64,000 nucleotides of DNA from positions 12,270 to 76,269 of the forward strand of contig CAJJNQ010000002.1 of assembly GCA_905193155.1 (NCBI GenBank). The letters run 5' to 3'. Source of the stretch: an uncultured Christensenella sp. GTDB taxonomy: Bacteria > Bacillota > Clostridia > Christensenellales > UBA1750. The notes under the pieces are model-generated. The model worked only from the letters and a program-made list of their open reading frames with translations. It had not been told where the DNA came from and did no database searches. Positions 16,156 to 24,803 of this stretch are shown piece by piece. Numbering within the stretch: position 1 is the first letter of the stretch; each line of letters starts with the position of its first letter. Made by a program: the position numbers and the translations under genes.

Positions 16156-16407
16156 TTAGCCGGCAAAGCGCTGCAGGATGAGCAGCACCAGGCACAGCAC
16201 CATGAACACCGCACCGGTAATTTTGGTCAGCAGTTCCAGCTTGCCTTCGTAGCTGGCGGCCTTCTTCTTGCCGAAGAAGGTTTCCGCACCGCCGGCGATG
16301 GAACCGGAAAGACCGGTCGCCTTGCTCTGCTGCATGAGCACCAGCACAATCAGACCCAGGCAATCAATAGCCAGGATGACGCTGAGAATGATGCGAATCA
16401 CATTCAT
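16156..16407 (-). CDS. secG: Preprotein translocase subunit SecG
   Basis: 83 aa, two TM segments, and the LMQQSKATGLSGSIAGG signature. ATG at 16407 with RBS GGGAGG 8 nt upstream. Confidence 0.85.
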   Translation of the reverse strand: MNVIRIILSVILAIDCLGLIVLVLMQQSKATGLSGSIAGGAETFFGKKKAASYEGKLELLTKITGAVFMVLCLVLLILQRFAG

Positions 16408-16568
16408 CTTGAAATAACCTCCCAAACGCTTCATGCAACGGAACCGGGTTTCGTCACAGCACTAGAAATATATCACATTTCGGCGCGCTTTGCAAGCCCT
16501 TTTCACGCAAAAAGCCTGTTTCACGCGGGAAAGTGAACCGGCGGCGGGGAAGGTGCATAGGGTTTACC

Positions 16569-17537
16569 TTATGCCCACCACATGGCGCCCTTGTCCTCGA
16601 ACATCATGACGTCCTTCAGGAACGCGATGGCCTTCTGCAGACCCTCGTTGGGGGTCATCAGGCTGTCCTCATGCTCGATGGAGATCGCATCGTCGTAGCC
16701 GACCATGCGCAGCGCACTCATCATGTCCTTCCAGACCTGGTAATCGTGGCCGTAGCCGACGGAGCGGAAGATCCAGGAGCGATGGATTTCATCACCATAG
16801 TGCTTGGTGTCGAGCACGCCGTGGGTCTTGGTGTTGATCTCGTCGATCTTGGTATCCTTGGCATGGAAGAAGTAAATCGCCTTGCCCAGGTAGCGGATGG
16901 CATAGACGGGATCAATGCCCTGCCAGAACAGGTGAGAGGGATCGAAGTTTGCACCGATCAGATCGGAGCCGACCTGGTTGCGCAGCTTCATCAGCGTTTC
17001 GGGATTATAGACGCAGAAGCCGGGGTGCATTTCATAGGCGATCTTCTGGATGCCGTGCTCGGCGGACCAGGCGGTCATCTTCTTCCAGTAGGGCACGAGT
17101 ACTTCGTTCCACTGGTACTCCACAATGTTGGAAAAATCGTCCGGCCAGGGGCAGGTAACCCAGTTGGGGGTCTTGTCCTCCGGGCAGCCGCCGGGGCAGC
17201 CGGAGAAAGTGATCACGCGGGTTACGCCCAGCTTTTCCGCCAGCAGAACGGTGTTGACATAGTCGTCATGGAAAACCTTCGCCACGGCGGGATCGGGGTG
17301 CACCGCGTTGCCGTGGGTGGAAAGAGCGGCGATTTCCAGACCATGCTTTTCGATGGTGTTGCGGAATTCTTCGATCTTCTTGTCATCCTTGAGCAGCTCG
17401 GCAGGGTTGCAGTGCGCCTTGCCGGGGAAGCCGCCCGCACCGATTTCAATGGCCTGAACGCCGGAATCCTTCAGATATTTGCAGGCGTCGTCCAGGCTTC
17501 TGTCCGCAAGCAGAACCGCAAAAACAGAAAGCTTCAT
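16569..17537 (-). CDS. Sugar phosphate isomerase/epimerase (xylose-isomerase-like TIM barrel)
   Basis: AP-endonuclease-2/TIM-barrel-like pattern (IEIGAGGFPG, YEMHPG, SIEHED). I chose the ATG at 17537 because GGAGGA abuts the ATG at 17546. Confidence 0.8.
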   Translation of the reverse strand: MKLSVFAVLLADRSLDDACKYLKDSGVQAIEIGAGGFPGKAHCNPAELLKDDKKIEEFRNTIEKHGLEIAALSTHGNAVHPDPAVAKVFHDDYVNTVLLAEKLGVTRVITFSGCPGGCPEDKTPNWVTCPWPDDFSNIVEYQWNEVLVPYWKKMTAWSAEHGIQKIAYEMHPGFCVYNPETLMKLRNQVGSDLIGANFDPSHLFWQGIDPVYAIRYLGKAIYFFHAKDTKIDEINTKTHGVLDTKHYGDEIHRSWIFRSVGYGHDYQVWKDMMSALRMVGYDDAISIEHEDSLMTPNEGLQKAIAFLKDVMMFEDKGAMWWA

Positions 17538-17661
17538 TTGGGTCATTCCTCCGTTTCACAGCATGGTATGCCATGCTCTTTTTCATATTATACAATCCTT
17601 TGTGAAAAAATTCAATCTGTGATATACTGAGGAAAATCTCGGATCAGAAGGAGGTTTCCGG

Positions 17662-18693
17662 ATGGATATTGCGGCATTTTTGCAGGAAATCTGCGCGATG
17701 CCCGGTCACTCGGGCATGGAGAGCGCGGTTGCCTGCCGCGTCGCGGAGGAGTTTTCTAAATATTCCGGCGACGTTTGCATCGATAAATTGGGAAATGTGC
17801 GCGCTGTGATGGGCGACCACGGCCCGACGGTGCTGGTCTGCGCCCACATGGACGAGGTGGGCATGATCGTCACCGGCATTGAAGACAACGGCTTTCTGCG
17901 CATCTGGCAGATGGGCGGCATCGACCCGCGCATTTTGCCGGGGAGCGAGGTGACGGTGTTCGGGCGGGAAAAGCTCTACGGCGTGATCGGCGCAAAGCCC
18001 CCGCATTTGAACAACGGCCCGCTCAAGGCAGCGGGGCTTTCCGATTTGGCGGTGGACGTGGGGCTGCCGAAGGAAAAGGTGGAGCAGCTCGTGCGCGTGG
18101 GCGACCCCATTGCCTTTCGCGTGCCAATGACGCAGCTGATGAACAACCGCGCGGCCTACAAGACCTTTGACGACCGCGCCTGTGTGACATCGATGCTCGT
18201 GGCGATGGAGGCACTCTCCCGCGTGAAGCTCAACTGCCGCGTGGTGTTCTGCGCAACCACGCAGGAAGAGGTCGGATCTCGCGGGGCGAAGATCGCTGCC
18301 TGGGACGTCGATCCCGATCTGGCCGTGGCCTTTGACGTTTGCCATGCCGATCAGCCCGGCGCGGACCCGTGGGACACCATGCCCATCGACAAGGTCGGCC
18401 TGGGACTCGGCCCCACCATTCACCCCGCGATGTTCCGGCGGATGCGTGATACGGCAGACGCGCTGCATGTCGATATTCAGCTCGACCCCTCTGCGGGGAC
18501 GACCTATACCGATGCGGACAACGTGTTTGAAACCCGCATGGGCGTGCCCACGGCGCTGCTGTCGCTGCCACTGACCTATATGCACACGATGGTCGAGACC
18601 ATCAGCCTGACCGCCTGCGAAGAGGCCGGCCGGCTGCTGACCGGCTTCCTGACGCGCATCGATGAAAAATGGGAGGAATGGCTATGCTTCTGA
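17662..18693 (+). CDS. M42-family metallo-aminopeptidase (TET/FrvX/CelM-like), paralogue 1
   Basis: 343 aa with CAHMDEVGM, DDRA, QEEVGSRGA and HTMVE motifs. RBS AAGGAGG. Confidence 0.85.
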   Translation: MDIAAFLQEICAMPGHSGMESAVACRVAEEFSKYSGDVCIDKLGNVRAVMGDHGPTVLVCAHMDEVGMIVTGIEDNGFLRIWQMGGIDPRILPGSEVTVFGREKLYGVIGAKPPHLNNGPLKAAGLSDLAVDVGLPKEKVEQLVRVGDPIAFRVPMTQLMNNRAAYKTFDDRACVTSMLVAMEALSRVKLNCRVVFCATTQEEVGSRGAKIAAWDVDPDLAVAFDVCHADQPGADPWDTMPIDKVGLGLGPTIHPAMFRRMRDTADALHVDIQLDPSAGTTYTDADNVFETRMGVPTALLSLPLTYMHTMVETISLTACEEAGRLLTGFLTRIDEKWEEWLCF

Positions 18694-19706
18694 AAGAGCT
18701 GACCGCGCTGCGCGGCGTTTCCGGCGACGAAGGGGAAGTGCGCAGTTTTATCGTCGATCAGGCCGCGCCCTGGTGCGACGAGATCAAGGTGGACAACATG
18801 GGCAGCGTCATTGCGTGGAAGCACAGCAAAACCGAAGGCGCACCCATCGTAATGATCGATGCACACATGGACGAAGTAGGCTTCCTCGTGCAGTATATCC
18901 GCGATGACGGCATGATCCGCTATCTGCCGGTGGGCGGCGTGGACGCGGCGGTTTGCGTCTCCAAGCGCGTGCGTATCGGCAAAAACGCTGTGCCGGGCGT
19001 GATCGGCTACAAGGCGGTGCATCTGCAGGAGGCGGGCGAGCGCAGCCAGGCCTTGAAGCACAGCCAGCTGTTGATCGACATCGGCGCAAAGGACAAAAAA
19101 GACGCTCTGACCAAGGTCAAGGTGGGCGACTACATCACGTTTGATTCTGATTTTGTAGAGTTTGGCGAAGGGCTGGTCAAGAGCCGCGCGCTGGACGATC
19201 GCGTCGGCTGTGCGGTGATGCTGGAGCTGATGAAGCACGAATATCCCTGCAACGTGGCGTTCTGCTTTACCGTTCAGGAGGAAATCGGTCTGCGCGGCGC
19301 AAAGGCGGCGGCCTTCCGCGTGCAGCCGGACTGCGCGCTGGCGCTGGAGGGCACTACCGCCAACGATACCACCGGCGCAAGGGCGCACGAGGAGATCTGC
19401 TCGCTGCACAAGGGGCCGTCCATCAGCTTTATGGATAAATCCCAGATCGTCAACCCTGCGCTGTTTGACAGGATGCGCGCGCTGGCGAAGGAGAAGAACA
19501 TCCCCTGGCAGCTCAAGCGCGGCGTGGCGGGCGGCAACGATGCGGGCAGCATCCAGCGCGCCGCCTGCGGGTGCGCGACGGTGACGCTGTCGGTGCCCTG
19601 CCGTTATATTCACAGCCCGTCCTCAGTCTGCGCGACGGAGGATGTGGAAAATCTTTACCGCCTGGTCAAGGCTTTTCTGGATGAAGGAGGAAAATTCGGA
19701 TGCTGA
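18684..19706 (+). CDS. M42-family metallo-aminopeptidase, paralogue 2
   Basis: DAHMDEVGF, LDDRVGC, QEEIGLRGA and RYIHSP motifs. The start overlaps the paralogue 1 stop by 10 nt. RBS GGGAGGAA. Confidence 0.85.
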   Translation: MLLKELTALRGVSGDEGEVRSFIVDQAAPWCDEIKVDNMGSVIAWKHSKTEGAPIVMIDAHMDEVGFLVQYIRDDGMIRYLPVGGVDAAVCVSKRVRIGKNAVPGVIGYKAVHLQEAGERSQALKHSQLLIDIGAKDKKDALTKVKVGDYITFDSDFVEFGEGLVKSRALDDRVGCAVMLELMKHEYPCNVAFCFTVQEEIGLRGAKAAAFRVQPDCALALEGTTANDTTGARAHEEICSLHKGPSISFMDKSQIVNPALFDRMRALAKEKNIPWQLKRGVAGGNDAGSIQRAACGCATVTLSVPCRYIHSPSSVCATEDVENLYRLVKAFLDEGGKFGC

Positions 19707-20683
19707 AGGATACGTTGCTTACGCTGCTGAGCATTCCCGGCCCCTCGGGCAGCGAGGGCGCCTGCGCGGACTATATCGAAGAAACCGTTCGTCCCTATGT
19801 CGATCAGATCGATCGCGACGTGATGGGCAACCTGATCTGCATCAAGCACGCCGCCGAGGGCGCGCGCCGCGTGATGCTCACGGCGCACATGGATGAAATC
19901 GGCTTTATCGTCACCGCCATTGAGGAGCGCGGCTTTTTGCGCGTGACCAATATCGGCGGTGTAAATCCCAAAGTGACCACTGCCAGCCATGTGGTGATGA
20001 AGTCCGGCGCGCAGGGCGTGCTCTTTACCGAGGCGGGCAGCTCGAACGACGCACTGTTTATCGATATCGGCGCATCCTCCAAGGAAGAGGCGGAAAAGAA
20101 GGCGCAGGTGGGCGATTGGGCGGTCGTGCGCGGCGCGGTGTCCGACATGGGCGATAAGATTGCCGCGCCCTATCTGGACGACCGCTCCGGCTGCGCGGTG
20201 CTGATTGAAACCCTGAAACGCCTGAAGAACAGCAAGGACGAGATCATCGCCGTGTTCACCACGCAGGAGGAAGTCGGCCTGCGCGGCGCACTGGTGGCGG
20301 GCTACGCCGTTGCGCCCGATATGGCGATTGCGCTCGACGTGACGATTGCGGGCGATTATCCGCGCAGCAATGAGAGCAACTGCTATGTTGTGTCGCATCT
20401 GGGCAAGGGACCGGCGGTCAAGATCATGGACCGCGGTGTTATTGCGCATCCTGCCGTGGTACAGGAGATGGAAGAGGCCGCAGTCAAGGCAGGTGTGCAG
20501 GTGCAGCGCGAAGTGCTCACCGGCGGCGCGACCGACGTCGGCGCGATTCACACCACCCGCGCGGGCGTGCCCTCCGGCACGCTGTCCATTCCCTGCCGTT
20601 ATGTTCATGCGCCCTGCGAGACGGTGGACTTAAACGACATGGAGGGCGCGGTGCGTCTGCTGGAGGAGATGCTCCGTGGCTAA
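19700..20683 (+). CDS. M42-family metallo-aminopeptidase, paralogue 3
   Basis: TAHMDEIGF, LDDRSGC, QEEVGLRGA and RYVHAP motifs. The start overlaps the paralogue 2 stop by 7 nt. Confidence 0.85.
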   Translation: MLKDTLLTLLSIPGPSGSEGACADYIEETVRPYVDQIDRDVMGNLICIKHAAEGARRVMLTAHMDEIGFIVTAIEERGFLRVTNIGGVNPKVTTASHVVMKSGAQGVLFTEAGSSNDALFIDIGASSKEEAEKKAQVGDWAVVRGAVSDMGDKIAAPYLDDRSGCAVLIETLKRLKNSKDEIIAVFTTQEEVGLRGALVAGYAVAPDMAIALDVTIAGDYPRSNESNCYVVSHLGKGPAVKIMDRGVIAHPAVVQEMEEAAVKAGVQVQREVLTGGATDVGAIHTTRAGVPSGTLSIPCRYVHAPCETVDLNDMEGAVRLLEEMLRG

Positions 20684-21626
20684 CCGCAGAGGGAAACAGA
20701 ACAACTGGGTGTCTGTGGCGCTGACCATCATCGCGGTGGTGATTGTATTTTTCCGCATCCTGAACGGCGATGCGGAAGAGCCTGCGGCAACCGGGGCGCA
20801 GACGCCCACGCCTTCCCCTACCGTCGTCGCCGTGCAGCCCACGGATCCTGATGAGCAGGGCATGACGCTCAGCGTGCTGGAGGTCGGCAAAGCGGATTGC
20901 CTCGTGCTGCAATGCGACGGTGAGAGCATGATCATCGACGGCGGCAATGAGGGCGACGAGGAATATATCCTGGCGCAGCTCAAAAACATGGGCATTTCGT
21001 GGTTCAAATACCTTGTGGCGACCCATCCGCACGAGGATCACATCGGGTCGCTGGACGCGGTGATTTACAACTATCCCGTCGGCACGGCGATTCTCTCCCC
21101 GCGCGAGCACACGACCAGGAGCTATGAGAACCTGCTGACCGCGCTTTCCGAGCGCGAGGTTGAAACCGTGGACGCCAAGCGCGGCGATACCTATGCGCTG
21201 GGCGGCGCGACGATCACGATTCTTTCGCCCGATGAGAGCGACGATTGGGAGAACATCAACGATTGGTCCGTGGTGATGATGGTGCAGTATGGTCGGGTGA
21301 AATACCTGCTGACGGGCGATGCGGAAACGCCGGTGGAATCCTATCTGCTGGAAAACAACGCCGATCTTTCCGCCGACGTGCTCAAGATGGGGCATCACGG
21401 CAGCAACACCTCGTCCAAGAAAACCTTCCTCAATGCGGTGCATCCGACGTTGGCGCTGATCACCTGCGATAAGACCGAAAAGGCGGGCGAGCCCAATGCC
21501 AAGGTCGTCGCTCGTTTGGAGGAATTGGGCATTCCCTATCTGCGTACGGATCTTTGCGGCGTGATTTCCGTCTATACCGACGGAGAGGATATCGCCGTGA
21601 CGACCGAGCGTGAGGACGCGGCCTGA
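20676..21626 (+). CDS. Membrane-anchored/exported MBL-fold hydrolase (ComEC C-terminal-domain-like)
   Basis: N-terminal TM anchor WVSVALTIIAVVIVFF, a Pro/Thr linker, then the HPHEDHIGSL (HxHxDH) metallo-beta-lactamase motif and MGHHGS. The GTG start overlaps the upstream stop. Confidence 0.75.
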   Translation: MANRRGKQNNWVSVALTIIAVVIVFFRILNGDAEEPAATGAQTPTPSPTVVAVQPTDPDEQGMTLSVLEVGKADCLVLQCDGESMIIDGGNEGDEEYILAQLKNMGISWFKYLVATHPHEDHIGSLDAVIYNYPVGTAILSPREHTTRSYENLLTALSEREVETVDAKRGDTYALGGATITILSPDESDDWENINDWSVVMMVQYGRVKYLLTGDAETPVESYLLENNADLSADVLKMGHHGSNTSSKKTFLNAVHPTLALITCDKTEKAGEPNAKVVARLEELGIPYLRTDLCGVISVYTDGEDIAVTTEREDAA

Positions 21627-21653
21627 GCGTGTGCACAATAAAAAGAATAGGTT

Positions 21654-21697
21654 AAGCGGTGCGGAACGAAGGAACGCCTTGTTCCGCACCGCTTTTT
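21654..21697 (+). terminator. Rho-independent terminator
   Basis: Perfect 14-bp stem aagcggtgcggaac / gttccgcaccgctt followed by a T run. Confidence 0.85.
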
Positions 21698-21795
21698 AGC
21701 TATTGATTTGAGAAATAGGGATACATAGGTAAAATCAATGAAACGAAAATAAAAAGAAGTTGGAAAATTTTTTTGAAGAAAATGTTAATTATGGG

Positions 21796-21824
21796 TTGAA
21801 AAATTCCGCAGAATGGAATACAAT
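21796..21824 (+). promoter_or_regulatory. Candidate sigma-A promoter upstream of marR
   Basis: TTGAAA-17 nt-TACAAT in an AT-rich intergenic region. It implies a 5' leader of about 120 nt. Confidence 0.5.
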
Positions 21825-21949
21825 GAATTTCATAAAGATATGGATGTAGGAACAAGGGCTGTTACCGAGGATCAGAAGCAGGACGACCGGGCACGAAACG
21901 GGGGAAACAAATCGCTCCCCGCGCCTAGAATACGCAAGGGGGACTGACC

Positions 21950-22414
21950 ATGCCGCGTAAAAAGTCTGTCAACAAAGATACGGTCGAAACCGTGGCCAAC
22001 ACGACCTTTGAGGTGCTGCCGTTGCTGCGGAAAAAACTGCTGCGCATGGATGTTGTGCAGGCAGAGCACAACATGCCCATGTCTCAGGTTCAGATGCTCG
22101 CCATGCTGGGGGAGAACGGAGCGCTCTCCGTTTCCGAAATCAGCAAACGGCTGGGCATCGCCAAGCCCAACATCACGCCTTTGATCGACCGGCTGATTGA
22201 CGAAGGCTTTGTCGAGCGCCGCCGCGACGAAAACGACCGCCGCGTCGTCAACGTGGTGCTGCTGCCCGCGGGGGAGGAAAAGCTCACCTCCATTCGCGAA
22301 ACCATCGTCCGCCAGGTGATGCGCTGGACGGGAACCATCCCTGAGAAGGAGTTCTTCGAGCTGGAGCACGCTTTGCAGACCATCTCCACCGTGCTGGAAT
22401 CCGCACAAATTTGA
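21950..22414 (+). CDS. MarR-family transcriptional regulator
   Basis: 154 aa with a winged HTH: LSVSEISKRLGIAKPNITPLIDRLIDEGFVERRRDENDRRVV. Confidence 0.9.
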   Translation: MPRKKSVNKDTVETVANTTFEVLPLLRKKLLRMDVVQAEHNMPMSQVQMLAMLGENGALSVSEISKRLGIAKPNITPLIDRLIDEGFVERRRDENDRRVVNVVLLPAGEEKLTSIRETIVRQVMRWTGTIPEKEFFELEHALQTISTVLESAQI

Positions 22415-22432
22415 TTTCTATTGAAATCATCG

Positions 22433-22462
22433 AAAAGACGCCTGATTTCGGGCGTCTTTTTT
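22433..22462 (+). terminator. Rho-independent terminator after marR
   Basis: aaaagacgcc-tgatttcg-ggcgtctttttt. Confidence 0.8.
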
Positions 22463-22503
22463 GTGTGCGGCGGGCGTAGGTTTGGGGAGAGGGAGGGCTG
22501 CGC

Positions 22504-23079
22504 ATGAAGGAATTATTTATCGCGGCGACGCTGTTCTGCGGCGTGCTGGCGCTGCTGACGGGGCGCGCGGAGGCGCTCGGAGCAGAGATGATGGCGGCGG
22601 GCGACGCGGCGGTGGAGCTGGGGCTGACGCTTTGCGGGGCCTATATGATCTGGTGCGGCCTGCTGCGCGTGATTGAGGAGGCAGGACTGGCAGAAAAGCT
22701 GGCGCACCGGCTATCCGGCGCGATGCGGCTGCTGATCGGGAGGGAAGCGGAGGACGAACTCGTGTGTCAGTCGGCGGGACTGAACTTGACGGCCAATCTG
22801 CTGGGGCTGGGCAACGCTGCTACGCCTGCGGGACTTGCTGCCGTGCGGCGCATGGCAGAGCTTGCGCCGGGAAAAAATGCTTCGCCGGGGCTGTGCCGGT
22901 TTATGCTGCTCAACGCTTCGTCCTTGCAGCTGGTGCCGACCACGGTGTTGTCGCTCAGAGCCGCTGCGGGCGCGGTGCGGCCGGACGATATTCTGTTGCC
23001 GGCGCTGGCGGGATCGGCAGCGTCGTTTCTGTGCGCGGTGCTGTTGGGGAAAACGTTCTGCCGGGAGGAAAGGCAATGA
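22504..23079 (+). CDS. spmA: Spore maturation protein A (nucleoside-recognition-domain membrane protein)
   Basis: 191 aa hydrophobic protein with LGLGNAATPAG and LNASSLQLVPTT motifs, paired with spmB. Confidence 0.8.
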   Translation: MKELFIAATLFCGVLALLTGRAEALGAEMMAAGDAAVELGLTLCGAYMIWCGLLRVIEEAGLAEKLAHRLSGAMRLLIGREAEDELVCQSAGLNLTANLLGLGNAATPAGLAAVRRMAELAPGKNASPGLCRFMLLNASSLQLVPTTVLSLRAAAGAVRPDDILLPALAGSAASFLCAVLLGKTFCREERQ

Positions 23080-23567
23080 TTGCGGTGGGTGCGGCGTTGC
23101 TGATCGTGCTGGCGGGTGTGCTGTGCCGGACGGATGTCTACGGCGCGTTTCTGCGCGGAGCGCAGCAAGGAATGGAAACGGCGAAAAGCATACTGCCCGC
23201 GCTTTGCGCCGCGCTGTGGATGACCGCGTGCCTGCGCGGCAGCGGCGCGCTGGAGGAACTGGCGAGGGCGGCGGGGCCGCTGCTGTCTGCGCTGGGGATT
23301 CCGACGGAGCTGCTGCCCTTTTTGGCTGTGCGGCCGGTGTCAGGTGCGGCGGCGCTGGCAGAACTTTCCCAGCTGATGGCGCGAACCGGCGCGGACAGCC
23401 GCGCCTCCCGCATGGCTGCCGCAATGATGAGCTCGTCGGAAACCGTTTTGTATGTGCTGGCGCTCTATCTGGGAGCGGCAAAACGGCGCGCACCACGTTG
23501 GCTGTTGCCCTGCGCACTGGTTTCCATGGCGGTAGGAATGATCGTATCGGCGCTGTGCATCCGCTGA
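23076..23567 (+). CDS. spmB: Spore maturation protein B
   Basis: 163 aa. The ATG overlaps the spmA stop (ATGA). PFLAVRPVSGAAAL and SSSETVLYVLALY motifs. Confidence 0.75.
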   Translation: MIAVGAALLIVLAGVLCRTDVYGAFLRGAQQGMETAKSILPALCAALWMTACLRGSGALEELARAAGPLLSALGIPTELLPFLAVRPVSGAAALAELSQLMARTGADSRASRMAAAMMSSSETVLYVLALYLGAAKRRAPRWLLPCALVSMAVGMIVSALCIR

Positions 23568-23668
23568 AGAAAAAGAGGCGCTGTGCGGCGGTGTCCCTAA
23601 AAACAGAGGGTTTGGAAGCTTTTTTGAAGAGAAAAAGGGCACGAAACCTGCAAAATTTGCCGATTCTC

Positions 23669-23696
23669 TTGCCAGATGCGGTTTTTGTGGTATAAT
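23669..23696 (+). promoter_or_regulatory. Candidate sigma-A promoter for comB-like gene
   Basis: TTGCCA-16 nt-TATAAT, with an upstream TG. Confidence 0.55.
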
Positions 23697-23723
23697 CTGG
23701 GTAGACCAGAAAGGGGATTGGAC

Positions 23724-24446
23724 ATGGCGATTGAACTCTATGCAACGGCAGGATCGGTGGAGAAGGACCTGAGAAACTGTGTGGTGATCGTGGTGGACGT
23801 GCTGCGTGCAACCAGCGTGATGACCACGGCGGTGCAGAACGGCGTGCGCTCCATCATACCCGTTTCCGAAGTGGAGGAGGCGGTCGATATGGCGCGCCAG
23901 CTCGGCAACCAGCGCGTGCTGCTCTGCGGCGAGCGCGAGGCCAAGCCCATTCCGGAATTCCATCTGTCCAATTCACCGCTGGAATACACGGCGGATATGG
24001 TTTCGGGCCGCGTGATGGTGATGACCACGACCAACGGCACCCGTGCGATCCTGCGGGCGCGGGATGCAAAGCAGCTGCTGATCGGTTCGCTTCTCAACGC
24101 TTCGGCAGTAGCGCAGGCCGCGCGTTCCTGCGGGGAGAATATCGCCATCATCTGTGCCGGCACTTACGGCAAGTTTTCGCTGGACGATATCCTGTGCGCT
24201 GGAGCGATCATCTCGCGCATTCTCGAAATCGACGGCAAGCAGTATCTGGACGATCTGGCCAGAACCGCGCTGACGCTTTACGACTCTTATAAGGACGATC
24301 TCCGCGCGCCGCTGGCGGGCTGTGCGCACGTCCAGCGTCTAAAAGCGCTGGGGATGGAGAAGGATATAGATTTTTGCCTTCAGGAGGACATCATGGACGT
24401 CGTTCCTTGCTACCTGGATGGCGTAATCCGCAACGCCTACGCTTGA
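23724..24446 (+). CDS. comB: 2-phosphosulfolactate phosphatase family protein (ComB-like)
   Basis: VVIVVDVLRATSVMTTAVQNG..CGERE..SNSP..TTTNGTRA pattern. ATG at 23724 with RBS AAAGGGGA. Confidence 0.75.
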   Translation: MAIELYATAGSVEKDLRNCVVIVVDVLRATSVMTTAVQNGVRSIIPVSEVEEAVDMARQLGNQRVLLCGEREAKPIPEFHLSNSPLEYTADMVSGRVMVMTTTNGTRAILRARDAKQLLIGSLLNASAVAQAARSCGENIAIICAGTYGKFSLDDILCAGAIISRILEIDGKQYLDDLARTALTLYDSYKDDLRAPLAGCAHVQRLKALGMEKDIDFCLQEDIMDVVPCYLDGVIRNAYA

Positions 24447-24471
24447 CAAGGGCTTTTTCGGGCATTATAAT
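24443..24471 (+). promoter_or_regulatory. Consensus sigma-A promoter driving the metG leader
   Basis: TTGACA-17 nt-TATAAT (perfect hexamers). The -35 overlaps the comB stop. Confidence 0.75.
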
Positions 24472-24477
24472 GAGCAT

Positions 24478-24750
24478 GATAAGGCAGAGAAGAGCAGAGT
24501 AACGCGCTGCGGACGCCGAAAAGAGAGCCGGGAAAGGTGAAAGCCGGCGGCGGGCGGGTGCGCGAAGATGGGCTCGGAGCTGCGCAGGCGAGGCGGATGC
24601 TGCCCAGTCTGCGACGGTTGGACGTTCCGTTATCCGTCCGGCCTGTGTTGGCAGGCCGCAAAGGCTTCGCGCGTGAGCGCGGGGCGCAACAGGGTGGTAC
24701 CGCGAAAGTTCTTCGTCCCTGCACCAAGGGGAGGAAGGGCTTATTTTTTT
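24478..24750 (+). promoter_or_regulatory. T-box leader (tRNA-Met-responsive riboswitch) of metG
   Basis: Conserved T-box sequence AACAGGGTGGTACCGCG at 24688-24704, followed by a terminator-like hairpin and a T7 run (24711-24750). AGAGAG/GGTGAAAG stem-I-like elements. Candidate AUG specifier at 24568-24570. It sits directly upstream of the Met-tRNA ligase. Confidence 0.8.
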
Positions 24751-24803
24751 GCCGGAGAGCCGGCGGGGCAGCCGGCGCAACCGTTTAAGGAGGAAAATCA
24801 ATC

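Noticed and set aside
14020-16536. An 838-aa plus-strand ORF.
   Set aside because: It is antisense to rnr and secG, whose products have unmistakable conserved motifs. The translation is Arg/Ala/Gly/His-rich with no recognisable domain.
21698-21949. The long AT-rich intergenic region and a roughly 120-nt leader upstream of marR, considered as a possible riboswitch.
   Set aside because: It has only one small hairpin (gggga..tcccc) and no resemblance to any riboswitch class I know. MarR genes are normally autoregulated at DNA level. I kept only the promoter call.
22711-23811. A 366-aa Pro/Arg/Ala-rich minus-strand ORF, plus several other overlapping ORFs across spmA and spmB.
   Set aside because: It is low-complexity and antisense to (or out of frame with) the hydrophobic spmA/spmB frames, which are translationally coupled (ATGA).
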